64,000 nt of DNA from an uncultured Verrucomicrobiae bacterium (GCA_963772365.1 CAVYXA010000001.1:864001-928000); one strand, 5' to 3'. Counted from the first letter of the stretch, positions 33,275-45,398 are shown. Program-made: numbers and translations. Notes: a model not told the origin generated them from the sequence alone.

Positions 33275-33937
33275 TCACTCGGATGGCGGGGCGCCGAAAT
33301 GCGCCGCATAAGCCGTATACGCCTCCGCGTCATCCAGCATGCTGTCGATCGTCGCGATGAGCGGTTCTCGCCTAACGATCCCGGAAAAGACCGCTCGATC
33401 GCCAATCTCGGTATCAATCACAAAGGTGGGCCGCTGAGTTATTTTCAGTGCGTGAAAAGCAGCGGTATCAGCCCGGACTCGTTTTTCCACTTCCGCCGAA
33501 CGCGCCCGTTCCAGTAATTTTCCTTTGTCGAGATTAGTCGCTTTAGCTCCGATCTCGGCCGCAATTTCCCATTCTCCGAATCTCTTTCCCTCCCGTAAGG
33601 AAGCATGGGACAAAGCCAGACGGACACGATCATCGACAAATCCAAAATCTTTCGCCGCTTCGGCCACACAATTGGGCGCCAGATATTCCGCCCGGACCGG
33701 CTCATCGTACCAGGCGGTGTTGAGCATGAACGGCGACCGCATAATGATTCCGCTCCGTCTGTAAAACCATTGCTCCTGGCTCCGCGAAACTGGCAGACCC
33801 GTTTTTTCCATGAGGGCGATCTTCCATTGAAAGTCGACCTGACCGGTGTAGCGCTTTTTCAATTCGGCCCAGGTCGGTTCGGACCAAAAACACCAGGAGG
33901 AAATAACGTCGAGATAATAAGTGGCTGTAATTCGCAT
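33275..33937 (-). CDS. DsbA-like thioredoxin-fold protein
   Basis: YLDVISSWC (SxxC), QRPTF. Confidence 0.75.
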   Translation of the reverse strand: MRITATYYLDVISSWCFWSEPTWAELKKRYTGQVDFQWKIALMEKTGLPVSRSQEQWFYRRSGIIMRSPFMLNTAWYDEPVRAEYLAPNCVAEAAKDFGFVDDRVRLALSHASLREGKRFGEWEIAAEIGAKATNLDKGKLLERARSAEVEKRVRADTAAFHALKITQRPTFVIDTEIGDRAVFSGIVRREPLIATIDSMLDDAEAYTAYAAHFGAPPSE

Positions 33938-33972
33938 TGTGTGGATCGAACGTTGTAAGCTAAGGCAAATGC

Positions 33973-34041
33973 TGTAGCGGCAGTCTGTGACCGTCGCAAG
34001 TTAGTTTGCAAAGATGGCGACGCTGAGAGAGCACCGCTATA
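33973..34041. repeat. GTAG-type REP-like inverted repeat
   Basis: tgtagcggcagtctgtgaccgtcgc ... gcgacgctgagagagcaccgctata. Confidence 0.5.
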
Positions 34042-34057
34042 CGAATCCGAATTGATC

Positions 34058-35080
34058 GTGGATCTGAACCACATTTTTCTCTTTATCGCGTTGATTTCGC
34101 CATTGCTGGTACTGATTCGGGCCTGGCGGCCTGGCGGAGTTTATCGCACGTGGCGCATAGCTTCTGTTATCGTGCTTGTAGCTACCGGTCTCTCGTGGAT
34201 CTTCTTTCGCCACATCGCTGGATTTATCGGAGCCGCCACATGGTTTCTTCTTTTGTTCATCCCGGCCGTCGGCCAACGAAAAGTTGTCGATCTCGCCGCA
34301 CAGCAACGATACCAAGCTGCGCGAAGATTGGCTGAGACACTGCAAATTTTTCATCCAAGCGCTGAATTGCGAGAGCAAGTTCGTGTACTTCGCAGCTTTG
34401 AATCCAACCCCGACCCCGAAATCGGTGGTCCATTTTTTGCGCGTCGGTCGAATGCTGCGGTCAGTGGGCAAATGGATCGACAGCGTCGCTTTCGACGTAC
34501 GCCAGCCGTTGTCGTTTTTATCGTTCTAAACATCGCAGTGTTTCTGATCGAAATCTCGGTCGGAAACTGGAATGATTACATCACTCTGCATCGGCTGGGC
34601 GCACTTGAGCCGTGGCGAGTGGTGATGCTCAAAGAATATTGGCGCCTGTTTACCGCGCTCTTTTTACATGCCGGAGTGATTCATCTTTCTTTCAATCTCT
34701 TTGCGCTGTATGTGCTCGGCCCCGGATTGGAGAGAGCGATTGGCTCGTTTCGCTTCACAACCTGCTATTTGGTTTCCGGAATCGGCTCCAGCGTTGGTGT
34801 GGTTGCGCTTTGGATGATGCGGCTAACGAGCGCGACTCAGGTCGTAGGTGCGTCCGGGAGTATCATGGGAATCGTTGGCGCGTGGGCGGGCTTTCTCATT
34901 CAACATCGACATATCCCGCGAGCCAGGGAACGTCTTCGTAATATTCTGCTCATTATAGTCATTCAAACGATTTTCGATCTGACTACACCACAAGTCAGCA
35001 CCGCGGCCCATATTTGCGGCCTCCTAACCGGCTTGATTACAGGTCTGGCTCTGACTGGCCGAGAAACCGGTGCTCCGTAG
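34058..35080 (+). CDS. Rhomboid intramembrane serine protease with extra N-terminal TM region
   Basis: WRLFTALFLH, HLSFN, GASG, AHICG. Confidence 0.92.
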   Translation: MDLNHIFLFIALISPLLVLIRAWRPGGVYRTWRIASVIVLVATGLSWIFFRHIAGFIGAATWFLLLFIPAVGQRKVVDLAAQQRYQAARRLAETLQIFHPSAELREQVRVLRSFESNPDPEIGGPFFARRSNAAVSGQMDRQRRFRRTPAVVVFIVLNIAVFLIEISVGNWNDYITLHRLGALEPWRVVMLKEYWRLFTALFLHAGVIHLSFNLFALYVLGPGLERAIGSFRFTTCYLVSGIGSSVGVVALWMMRLTSATQVVGASGSIMGIVGAWAGFLIQHRHIPRARERLRNILLIIVIQTIFDLTTPQVSTAAHICGLLTGLITGLALTGRETGAP

Positions 35081-35177
35081 CCGCGATGGCCCGCCTTATG
35101 CATATTTCAGAAGTCCGTACCGCCCAAAACTTGCCGCCGAAATATTTCCTGATTAACTCCCGCTCGCAGTCTCCACC

Positions 35178-37730
35178 ATGCCGACCTTTCAGATTTACAA
35201 TGTGATCCCCACTCTGCCGGCGACTCTCGAGCCGCTGCGCGAGATGAGCTTTAACCTTTGGTGGACGTGGGAACCGGCCGCCCGCCGGCTGTTCCGTCAT
35301 CTCGATCCAGAGCTTTGGAATCGGACAAACCACAATCCTGTCCGCATGCTGCAGCTCTCCCGGCAATCGCGGCTCGAGGAACTTTCGCAGGACAAGTCGT
35401 TTCTCCGCGAGTTGAAGGATGTCCACGACACGTTCAAACGATATCTGGATCGCAAGGAAACCTATGGAAAAACTGCCAAGGGAGCCGCGATCAAAAAACC
35501 AGTGGCCTATTTTTCGGCTGAGTTCGGGTTCCACGAGTCAATTCCGAATTATTCCGGCGGCCTTGGAATTTTGGCGAGCGATCACTGCAAATCAGCGAGC
35601 GATCTCGATCTAAATTTTGTCGCGATCGGCCTGCTTTACCGCCACGGATATTTCAAACAACAGATCGACAAAGACGGCATCCAGGAAGCAGTCAGTCTCA
35701 ACCAAAATTTTCATCATCTGCCGATTCGCGAAGTTCGACGTGGCGACGGAAACCTCCTCGTCTCGGTGCGCATTCTCGATCGCGATGTTTTTGCAAAAAT
35801 CTGGCAGCTTCAAGTTGGTCGAATCAATCTTTATCTGCTCGATACTGATGTTTTCGAAAACAACGTCGAAGACAGGTTAATCACAGCAGAGTTATACGGC
35901 GGCGATCTCGAGATGCGCATGCGCCAGGAAATCGTGCTCGGAATCGGCGGCGTGAGAGCGCTGGGTGCGCTCGGCATCGATGCCGAAATCTTTCACATGA
36001 ACGAAGGACATTCGGCGTTCCTCGCGCTGGAGCGCATTCGTCACAATGTCGTCGAACGAAAGCTCGACTTTTACTCGGCCCTGCAGCTCGTTGCGGCGGC
36101 TAACGTTTTTACGACGCATACACCCGTTCCGGCCGGCAACGATTCTTTCACGCGGGAGATGATGAAGAAATATTTCGGCAGTTTGGCCAGGGAACTCCAG
36201 ATCCCATTCGACGAGCTTTTCCGCTTTGGGCAATCGAGTGTCGATCCTGCCGACGCGTTCAGCATGACGATTCTGGCGCTGAGAATGAGCCGGCATGCGA
36301 ACGGCGTTAGTAGATTGCACGGAGAAGTAAGCCGGGGGCTCTGGAAGGATGTCTGGGCGGGTGTCCCGGTCCACGAAGTGCCGATCACGAGGGTGACCAA
36401 CGGCATCCATACCAAGACGTGGATGGCTCCCGAGTTCTCTGCGCTCTATCGGAAGCACATCGGGAATTGGGAGGAACATCTCACCGAGGCGGAGTTTTGG
36501 CGCGGCGTGATCGACATTCCGGATGCGCAACTGTGGGAAACGCATCAGAAATTGAAATTGCGACTGGTGGAATTCGTGCGCGAGCGTGTTCGGATGCGTC
36601 GCGAGCGTCTCGGCGAGTCGCCCGAATCGATTTGCAAGGTCAACCGAATCCTCGATCCGGAAATTCTAACGATCGGATTTGCGCGTCGCTTTGCGACCTA
36701 TAAACGCGGCGCGCTTTTGTTCAGCGACAAGGAACGCTTACAGCGGCTTCTGAACGATACTACTCGCCCGGTCCAATTTATTTTTGCGGGGAAAGCGCAT
36801 CCACGCGATGAAGGAGGCAAAGGATTGATCCAGGAGGTTTACCGATTTAGCCGCGAGGCGGGATTCGAAAACCGCGTCGTTTTTCTGGAAGATTACGATA
36901 GCTATATTGCGCGCCGGCTCGTTCAGGGTGTCGATCTTTGGTTAAACCATCCGTTGCGGCCATTGGAAGCAAGCGGAACAAGCGGGATGAAATGCGCGCC
37001 TAACGGCGGAATCAATCTCAGTGTGTTGGACGGCTGGTGGCTGGAAGGTTTTAACGGAAACAATGGCTGGGCGATCGGCGCCGAGATCGACAACGGCACA
37101 GTGGAATTTCAAAACGAAGTGGACGCGAGCAGTCTCTATCAATTGCTCGAAAATCAGATCGTGCCGCTCTATTACGCTAAGCCCGATGGAAGATTACCGT
37201 TGGCCTGGTTGCAATTGATGCGGGAATCAATTCGCAGCATCACTCCCGCGTTTAACACGCACCGGATGGTGAAGGAATACGCCGAGCGTCTTTACATTCC
37301 AGCGGCTCAGTCGAACGAAAATTTCTCTCGGGACAGTTGCGCTGCGGCGACTGAATTGAGCCAATGGAAATCAAAAATGCGCAAAGATTGGCCGCAGGTG
37401 CGAATTTCTGAAGTGCAGGTCGGAAATCAGGATCGACAAAACATCGCCGTGGGTGAATCGCTACAGTTGAGCGCACGTATTTACCTCGGCGGCGTCGACC
37501 CGAGGCACGTGCGAGTGGAAGCGTATCATGGAGAGGCCGACAATGGCGGCATTAAGAACCCCAGCGTCAGCGTTCTGAGCAAGGGCAATCAAAATGGCGA
37601 TGGCACTTACATTTATCACGGCATCGTCCCGGCCGCCGAGAGCGGCGCGTATGGATTCAGCGTTCGCGTCGTCCCGACCCATCCGCATCTCATGCAAACG
37701 CACGAGCTGCGTTTAATCACATGGTCTTGA
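35178..37730 (+). CDS. glgP: Alpha-glucan phosphorylase
   Basis: YSGGLG, HMNEGH, FTTHTP, FARRFATYKR, EASGTSGMK. Confidence 0.96.
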   Translation: MPTFQIYNVIPTLPATLEPLREMSFNLWWTWEPAARRLFRHLDPELWNRTNHNPVRMLQLSRQSRLEELSQDKSFLRELKDVHDTFKRYLDRKETYGKTAKGAAIKKPVAYFSAEFGFHESIPNYSGGLGILASDHCKSASDLDLNFVAIGLLYRHGYFKQQIDKDGIQEAVSLNQNFHHLPIREVRRGDGNLLVSVRILDRDVFAKIWQLQVGRINLYLLDTDVFENNVEDRLITAELYGGDLEMRMRQEIVLGIGGVRALGALGIDAEIFHMNEGHSAFLALERIRHNVVERKLDFYSALQLVAAANVFTTHTPVPAGNDSFTREMMKKYFGSLARELQIPFDELFRFGQSSVDPADAFSMTILALRMSRHANGVSRLHGEVSRGLWKDVWAGVPVHEVPITRVTNGIHTKTWMAPEFSALYRKHIGNWEEHLTEAEFWRGVIDIPDAQLWETHQKLKLRLVEFVRERVRMRRERLGESPESICKVNRILDPEILTIGFARRFATYKRGALLFSDKERLQRLLNDTTRPVQFIFAGKAHPRDEGGKGLIQEVYRFSREAGFENRVVFLEDYDSYIARRLVQGVDLWLNHPLRPLEASGTSGMKCAPNGGINLSVLDGWWLEGFNGNNGWAIGAEIDNGTVEFQNEVDASSLYQLLENQIVPLYYAKPDGRLPLAWLQLMRESIRSITPAFNTHRMVKEYAERLYIPAAQSNENFSRDSCAAATELSQWKSKMRKDWPQVRISEVQVGNQDRQNIAVGESLQLSARIYLGGVDPRHVRVEAYHGEADNGGIKNPSVSVLSKGNQNGDGTYIYHGIVPAAESGAYGFSVRVVPTHPHLMQTHELRLITWS

Positions 37731-37783
37731 CGTCGGCGACGCAGACCGCGTGCGGAGTGTAACGAAGTATTGCCAGATCTGAA

Positions 37784-40305
37784 TCATGGTGAAGTCAGGG
37801 CCCAGCCTGCTGGCGTAGTAGGGCCGTAGGCGCCGCCCGTGTAAGCATTGTTATTCAAATACCAGATTGCGCTGTGCCTGGTGGTAGGGTTGTAGAGAGC
37901 ATAATCTGGTTTGCCATCCGTGTTAAAATCTGCCGCGCCGATCAGATCGTAACCAGCGGCAATCGTAGGTCCATAGGCGCTACCTGCGAATGAGCGGTTA
38001 TTCAAATACCAGATTGCACTCTGGCGGGTAGCGGAATTGAAAAGCAGATAGTCTGCTCTTCCGTCGCGGTTAAAGTCTGCGATGCCGGCAACGTTCCAGT
38101 TTGGCGGCAGTGTTGGCCCATAGGCCCCGCCGATGTAGCTGGCGTGATCGAGGTACCAAATCGCAGTCCGGCGTGTGCTCAGCTGGAACAGGACAAAATC
38201 CGGTTTGTCATCTCGATTGAAATCGCCGGCAGCGACAAGTTCCCAACCACTTGGCAGTGTTGGGCCGAAGCTGGACGCGCGAAATTGATTATTACTTAAG
38301 TACCAAATGGCCGTCCTGCGTGTAGTTGGTTGGAACAGAGCGTAATCCTGCATTCCATCGCCGTCGAAATCGTCAACATCCACAATTTGCCACCCTGACG
38401 GAGTGGTCGGGCCGTAAGCGGCACCGATTAACGCATTGTTATTCAGGTACCAGATGGCACTCCTACGGTCGCTCGAATTGTAAAGCAGATAGTCGGGCTT
38501 GCCGTCTCGGTCGAAGTCGTATCGCACTGGCGTAGGAGTGGGCGTCGGGGTTGGAGTTGGCGTCGGCCCACTGCAATCGGTAGCCATTTGAAACGCCCCA
38601 ATGCGAGTGAACCAGGCAGCGGTGCTCGTAACGGGAAGGTATTCGTTCACGTGCCAGAATGTGACACCATCCGATGGATCGAGGCTGAGATAGGTGTAAT
38701 CGCCCCAGCGAGCGGCGGAGTGAGTCTGCGCGCCACTGCCGACAAACATGCTCGCTTCACCTTGGGCGAGGTCGTTGGGCGGATCGGTGGCAAGACGTCC
38801 GGCATACCGAATCGAAGGGAAGATGCTCGCGCTCGACACGGAATAGCCAACCGCCATATTCCCATTGCAGTCCACTGCGATACTGGGCATCCAACGGAAC
38901 AACCCGTCAGCGCCATTATCAAAGGTCTGTTGCTGCACCGCCGTCGCGGGAATAACGCCACCGGAAACGTCAAATTGGTACCAGCGAATGGCCATCGGTC
39001 CTGTGCCATTCTGGTTATTGTTCACCGTGTGCGATGCCCAAAGCGATTCGGTACCATCAAAATTCGTGTAAACCACTGGGGTCATCATCCTGTCACCCAG
39101 AGTATCCAGCATCTGCGCGGTTCCACTTTGCGGCACAAGATGGCTGCCCGAATTCGTAAACGCATCAGTGAACCCATCCACTGTAATGTCGAACGGTCCG
39201 CTAAACGTTGAATTCGCCGGCGTCCCAAAATCGACATGGAATCGCCAGGCGTGGAGTGTAGTCAAAATAACGCCGCTCGAGGCGGGACTGTCGATGTTCA
39301 GCAAATACTCGTCCGTGCCCGCCGGCGGAGCGCTGCCGGTACAAATGTGGCTGGGAGCAGACTGTAGCCGTTACCCAACTGCGCAGGAGTAAGAGTAAAA
39401 GCCACTGCAGTTGCCGGATTGCCATTGATCATAGCGGCGCGATCCAAAGCAAAAACGCGCACGCCATTAAACGTGGTGTTGTCCGAGAACAGGTTGACCG
39501 TGAAATAATAGGCGTCCGGCCAAAGGGCGAACTTTGGATAGTCGCCCAAATAATTTGTATGTGCCGCATCGGTCTGAATAGCATAAAGCCACCAGCCGCC
39601 TGCAACCGGATCACTGGTCATGGAAACGCCAACGCACTGATAAAACGATGTTCCAGGGAAGGCAGGAAACGCAAAATCGCTCACTACCCAGCGGTCCGCG
39701 ATATGATCGTAAAAAACGAAGCCATCGCCCTGATTGCTCCCGGCGCAAGGTGAACCCGCCAATGCCGCAAAGAATGAATTATATGTGGTCGGACCGGAAA
39801 GTGTGGTGCCCGTTTTGTCGTAGATCTGGATCGATGAATTGACTGATTCAATGTAATGATTCGGCCCTACATCGCCATCGGTGTCGGGAGGCAAACAACC
39901 GCAAAGGCCCGTTGCGGAATTGATCCCATCAAAGGTTAGCAGAGGAGCCGGCATTGTCGGGGGCTGCAACAGCCGTTGAACCAGTGGGAAAGCAACTCCG
40001 GACTTATCAAAATTTTCTGGCGCGCCTGTGCCGTGATGCGGATATCGCATCCGCATTTCTTCTTCGGATTCGTGATTGGCCGGAACATAAGGCAACCTTC
40101 GCAAATCTTCAGTTTGCACGACCGGCCCAACCATCTTCAGCACTGTCGGCGTGGCAATCGAGTTGGCCTGTTTCTGCCGGGTGGGGCGAACGGTTTTAAG
40201 CCCTCCCGCACCGAGAGCGATAAGAATGCCGGTCAGGCAGAGGACAATAGTGATTGCGAAGCGTGGATTAAGAAAGGCGGATTGTAGATTCGATTTCTTT
40301 TTCAT
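37784..40305 (-). CDS. Large secreted protein with PT linker and five C-terminal FG-GAP/VCBS-like repeats (frameshift ~39335)
   Basis: MKKK signal; PPDTDGDVGPNHY, DYPK, RWGDY; five DF.xDxxxD...AIWYL...GPT repeats. Confidence 0.85.
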
Positions 40306-40394
40306 TTGATATTTTGACTTGAGATTCGCCGTGCGCCGTTGCTTTAACGCACCAATCCACCAGCGTCTGAGCACAAATCAGGCCCGGGCAGGAA

Positions 40395-40685
40395 TTGAAA
40401 ACGTCGGCGAATCGGCGCCTGTCCTACTTGGAATCGACCACTCGTGTTGAGTGTTTTCGACAAGCTTTCGTGTCGAAACAAGAAAGCGAATGTTCGTTCG
40501 AACGAGCATCACAAAATGGAACATCGACCGCGCAATGGCAGGATCGATATCGCTACTTGTATCATCAGTATTTCCACGGCGAGAGCGGCGCTAGTCTGGG
40601 CGCATTGCATCGAACTGGTTGGACGGGTCTTGTCGCAAAGCTGATTCAGCACCAAGGCGAATTCGGCCCGATCTTACCATCGTGA
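40395..40685 (+). pseudogene. Remnant of a GH63/MGH1-like glucosidase C-terminus
   Basis: [27 protein letters not shown] resembles the recalled terminus [24 protein letters not shown]; rest of gene absent. Confidence 0.7.
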
Positions 40686-40769
40686 GCTGTGCCGCCTGTC
40701 GATCCTATTCGTGATCGGGCTCTTGATCGAACGGAATTCAACGGCCAAATCCGCTGGGGACAACGGACG

Positions 40770-41411
40770 CTACAACATGCGCGCTCGTTGCCGTCGCAGA
40801 GAGAATTGGAATCCCGTCAACGCCACGATGCCGAGTGCGAGGGAAAGAAACGTCCCCCCCGTTTCCGGAACCGGGACAAGCGGGGCCACTGTGAGAAATC
40901 CCGTAGCCACTAATCGATAGTTGAAGGAGCTATCTACAAATTCGCCGCTGCCGAAAAATGAGCCGATCCCATTTGCTACGCCGGGATCAAGCGCATAAAG
41001 CCCTGGGCCGGTAATATGACCCGAATAGGACAAGGACAGGTAGTGATCATCGAAGGAGAAATTGTCGAAGATGAACACATCTGGTGAAGACAAAGAGAAT
41101 CCGCTCGTGCCGGCGACCGACGAATAATTTGATCCGGCCGAAGTTCCTCCAGCAGTGAGAATATCAAAAGCGCCGTAAGTTTGCGTGCTTGGATTAAATA
41201 TGAAGAAGCCGGAGGCGGTCCCGCCATCATCGAACGTGACCCCCGTTAGCGTGAATAGGAGCGGCACGGCGCTGCTCGTCCGCGCGAATCCAAAGCTGGC
41301 GACAATCGCCAGCGTCAGAATAAGTGCTGCGCCATAACGACGAGCCTTTGGCGAGGATCGAAAATTTGGTTCGTTAACCTTAGCCCTGCTGCGTATTGAC
41401 TCTGTTTTCAT
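40770..41411 (-). CDS. PEP-CTERM/VPDSG-CTERM-type sorted surface protein
   Basis: Signal peptide, low-complexity G/S/F body, VPETGGT + TM helix + RRQRAR tail. Confidence 0.85.
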   Translation of the reverse strand: MKTESIRSRAKVNEPNFRSSPKARRYGAALILTLAIVASFGFARTSSAVPLLFTLTGVTFDDGGTASGFFIFNPSTQTYGAFDILTAGGTSAGSNYSSVAGTSGFSLSSPDVFIFDNFSFDDHYLSLSYSGHITGPGLYALDPGVANGIGSFFGSGEFVDSSFNYRLVATGFLTVAPLVPVPETGGTFLSLALGIVALTGFQFSLRRQRARML

Positions 41412-41421
41412 TGCCGTTCTC

Positions 41422-41886
41422 CTATTTCTTTCTCCCGCGACGTTCTGAAGATTGTGACTGCCGCCGCCAATTTTGTATATGGGTAGATATGCCCACTTCT
41501 CGGCGGCTTGTTTCTAAAGGTCCCATTATCCGAGCGGGCCAATGCAACCAACCCAATGTTTCCAATGTTCTCAGCATAATCTCCGCACGCGTAGTAAGAC
41601 CGAGCCGCTCCAGAATGGCTTCGACGTGGTGAGCAATGGTCCGCGGACTGGCTCCTAGGATCATAGCCAGTTCGTTGTTGGCTTTGCCCTGAGCAACCCA
41701 AAACGCCACCTCGGCCTGACGGCCTGTTAGGCCGAGGGCTTGGAGTTTTTCCAGATCACTCGTTCGGGGGTTTGCCCCGTTCTCTTCATCCGAATCCGCA
41801 ACTTCGGTTTCCGAACCAGATAGAACGCTGGCACCGTTAACGAGATTGGAGCCGTTCCTAAGAGCGTTCAAAACCCCAGTGCTCAT
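41422..41886 (-). CDS. LuxR-type HTH regulator without recognisable input domain
   Basis: GLTGRQAEVAFWVAQGKANNELAMILGASPRTIAHHVEAILERLG. Confidence 0.82.
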   Translation of the reverse strand: MSTGVLNALRNGSNLVNGASVLSGSETEVADSDEENGANPRTSDLEKLQALGLTGRQAEVAFWVAQGKANNELAMILGASPRTIAHHVEAILERLGLTTRAEIMLRTLETLGWLHWPARIMGPLETSRREVGISTHIQNWRRQSQSSERRGRKK

Positions 41887-41901
41887 TTATCGAATTCGCA
41901 G

Positions 41902-44900
41902 TTATTGTTGTCGGAACTTAGCCGTGTAAGCGCTGGGCGTGGTGGGGGCGATCGTGTGTGAAATGGCGCCGCCATCGCTCCAGCTCTGCCACACATATTC
42001 ATGCCCGCCTTTGGTTTGCGGTGAAGTCGTTGCCAAGCTGTGACTGGATCCTGATAACCAGCTAAAGGCGTGCGCCGAATTGTATGTCACGCCATCCAGA
42101 ATGTAGGACAGCCCAGCCGGGCTTGTCTTTATCGTGACCGTGATCGGCCTTGGCGCCGGAGTGGGTGTTGGAGTGGCCGTTGGAGTCGGAGTCGGAGTCG
42201 GAATCGGAGTTGGAGTTGGAGTTGGAGTTGGAGTCGGAGTCGGAGTCGGAGTCGGAGTCGGGGTCGGGGTCGGGGTCGGCGTAGCGGATGGGTCCGGGTA
42301 CTCCTGCAATACAGGACGAGAATTCCGATGTATTTCCGGAGGGATCTGTGGCGGTCGCTGTCACGACCGCTTCGTCGGACGTTAAAGAGACCGGCAGAGT
42401 CGCGTCGATGATGGCGTTGCAGGTGACATCCGTGGTCACTTCGGCCGCACCAAGAAACCTCTCGCCTTCGCCGAAATTAGACATGTCGCATCCTGCATTA
42501 GCGAAAAATTCGATTCGAAAGATCGTGTTCGCGTTCGAGTTCAAGGAACCCGAGATAGTTGTCGTGCCGGCGCTCGAAATCGCTGAAGTGATAACCGGAA
42601 AGTTTTGCAGCCTGTTCGGTCCGCTGTCGCCGTCGCAAGAATCGTTCAGGGTGACGCCATTTCCGGCGAGATCAATTCCCAGGCTGGCGTTGCCGTAGAT
42701 CGAATTGCCAGCGAGGTGATTGTTGATGTTGCTGGTGAAACTTGGGATCATCACACCATTACGGCCATTCGACGCGATAACGTTTGCCGCAATCTGGTTA
42801 TTGTTCCCATTGACCAGGATACCGTAACCGGCATTTCCCAGTTGGGTCGTGCCGTTCACATTCGTCCCGATGTAGTTCCCCATAACGACCTCGAAATTTG
42901 AAGAGATGGCTATGCCGGCATCGCCGTTACTTCCTGCGGCGCTGCCGATGCTTGCGCAGATCACATTAGCAGCGCGCGGATCCACCCCGCCGACTGTCAC
43001 CCCGCGCTCGCCCAAACTAATCCCGCTCCTTGTGTTCCCCAGTGGGCTTATGTCATCTGCTTTCACGCCTATCGCATTGCCCTGAATGATCGTTCCAGCG
43101 GAGCTTGTGGTGCCGGTTGATCGAATGCCGTAATCGGTATTGCCGGAAACCAGATTTCCAGGAGGAGTACCAGGAATATCGGTCAAGCCACCAATCGTCG
43201 TATTCTGCGCACCGTTGGCAAAGAGAATGCCGGCATAACCAAATCCGGGTGTGCCGTTTCCGAGCGCGATCATCCCAGTCACATCCGTGCCGATGTAGTT
43301 ACTCTGAATTACGCAGTTGTCGCCCCCGTTGATGCTAATCCCGTGCACGCTGTTGCCGGAAATAACATTGCGCGAGGCCGCGGTTGGTCCTCCGATTCGT
43401 TGATTGCCCTGATTGACGTTGATACCGATGTGGTTGCCGAGGACCGCGCCGCCAGTGGCATCGACGCCGATAAAATTACCTTCAATGACGTTATTGGGAG
43501 TTCCCACGCTGATTCCATCACCGAAAGTGCAAATCACATTGCCCGCGCCCGGGGCAGTGCCGCCGATCAGAGTACCGACCGGACTGCTGCCTGAGAGCGA
43601 GAGGCCGACGGCACTCGTGGGGGCAGTTATTCGCATCGTTCCGTTCCTATTGACGCCGATGTAATTGCCCTGAATGGTTTGGCCATCGGCGTTGAATGCG
43701 TGGATGCCAGCTGATGTGTTGCCGGAAATGACGTTCCGCTGGGCTGGAGCCGGTCCACCGACGTGACTGCCTCCCGCGCTACCGTTGAAGAAATCAATCC
43801 CAAATGGATTGGGATGGGCGGCTAAACCAGCAGCGTCAGTTCCTATAAAACATCCTTCTACCGTGTGATTTGCGCTACCGCTAATGAGTACTGCCGCGTT
43901 AGGGAATCCGTTTATTACTAATCCGCGAATCGTGCTCCCGTCCGATCCGCTGGAAAGTCGCAGGCCGGAAGCGCTGCCACCACCCGCTGGACCGCTGAGC
44001 TCGACAAGAAGGACCGCGTTATCACCTACCGGAGAGCTATTCGGAGTGGCACCGGGCTGCGTGTAGCCATCAATGGTAACCGGCACAGTAATGGCAGGAA
44101 GCGGCGTCGAAGGCTGAATTGTGTGCACACCGGAACCAGGAATGTTGAAACCAATCGTGCCACCCGTTCCAGGTGGATTACCACATGATAAAATTGCAGC
44201 GCGCAAACTACCTGGCCCGCTGTCCGCGGTAGTCGTTACAATCGCACATGGCGTCGGAGTAGGTGTAGGCGTTGGAGGCGGGGGGAGCGGAAGGGTTCCA
44301 GCATCAAAATCCAACAGCAGGGCAACGAGGCCAATGCAATCCGACGAAACGAAGCTTGCCATCCCATCGATATGCAGAACCTTATGACCGGGCGGGCCGA
44401 ACGCAGAGCTAATCTCGAGGGTATGGATATCCCAAAGGCTGCCGTTAGACGCCCGGCTTGTGCCTGCATCCGCAACGGAATTTCCATCCCATAGCATCGA
44501 GTTATCCGCGATAGTTAGCGACCCAGTCTGAGTGGAAAAGGTGAGCGAGTTCTCCTCAAATGCTTGACCATCCGCGACATGAAACACTGCTTTTACGAGT
44601 CCACCGGCGTAATCGATGTTACCCAGCGTCGCGTGCCATCCATCATCTTCACCTGGAAAGCCTTCGGGAGCGTTCGAATCGTTACCAGTGAAGAAGGCAA
44701 GGTCTCGATTATTTCCTGGATTGCCGTCGTCAAAAATAACGATAAGGGAAGCGCCATTGGCGTTGCAGCCAGCGCAGTCGGACAAGCCTGCGACTGTATA
44801 CAGTCCATTCCCACTAACAAATGCAGTCACGTCCGCTTCAAACGCGCGGCTCGACTGGAAACCGGTCCAGCAATTCTCAGGAGCGTCGCCGAGCGAAATG

Positions 44901-45202
44901 CCAGTTACCGGGTTGCCGTTGATTGTCACAGTCGGGTTGTCATAAACCAGGCCAGCATTATCCGCGATGCCGTGCCAATACAGAAATGCTTGAGTAACTG
45001 GACCGTTTACGCCGGTAACGGTAATGGTCCCACTTCCGCCACCTACTCCCCCCACTCCGGCTACCACATAATCTACATTGCGAATGCTCCGCGCGTGGAA
45101 GATCGGGGTTGACTTCGTCGCGGCAGGAAACACCGAACAGATCGCGAGCAGCACGGCCAGCCGCCGCGACCTGATCCGGACAAAGGGCGTTGTATTTTTC
45201 AT
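41902..45202 (-). CDS. Large secreted beta-helix repeat protein with PT linkers (frameshift ~42300)
   Basis: [11 protein letters not shown], repeated N.ISGN / [28 protein letters not shown]-terminal domain in ORF 41902-42309. Confidence 0.85.
42158..42280. repeat. Hexamer tandem repeat encoding a Pro-Thr linker
   Basis: (ggagtc/ggagtt/ggggtc)n, about 20 units. Confidence 0.9.
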
Positions 45203-45211
45203 GTCACCCTT

Positions 45212-45240
45212 TACTGACCCGCAACGGCTTCGAGGTTACG
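45212..45240 (-). promoter_or_regulatory. Candidate ECF sigma promoter CGTAACC-N17-CAGTA
   Basis: Ends 9 nt before ATG 45202; same motif and spacing at 48240-48268. Confidence 0.65.
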
Positions 45241-45293
45241 CAAAAAGTTCTGGAGAACGGCCGCCGCGGCAACTTGACGACCATCCCAAGTGA

Positions 45294-45398
45294 GGATCTG
45301 TGACCGACGAGCAACGCCGCACGCGGGCAAAAGCCGCGTCCGCCCGGACGGTTGAGCCGGAAATGGCCTTGCGGCGGCGTTGCGGCTCGGCCACATCC
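45294..45398. repeat. Imperfect inverted repeat, MITE/REP-like
   Basis: ggatctgtgaccgacgagcaacgccgc (45294-45320) vs gcggcgttgcggctcggccacatcc (45374-45398). Confidence 0.6.

Noticed and set aside
37790..38520. ~144-bp periodic repeats
   Set aside because: Coding FG-GAP-like protein repeats, not a nucleic-acid array
42158..42280. Tandem repeat as CRISPR or phase-variation switch
   Set aside because: In-frame 6-mers encoding a Pro-Thr linker, no spacers or cas genes; the frameshift lies outside the repeat
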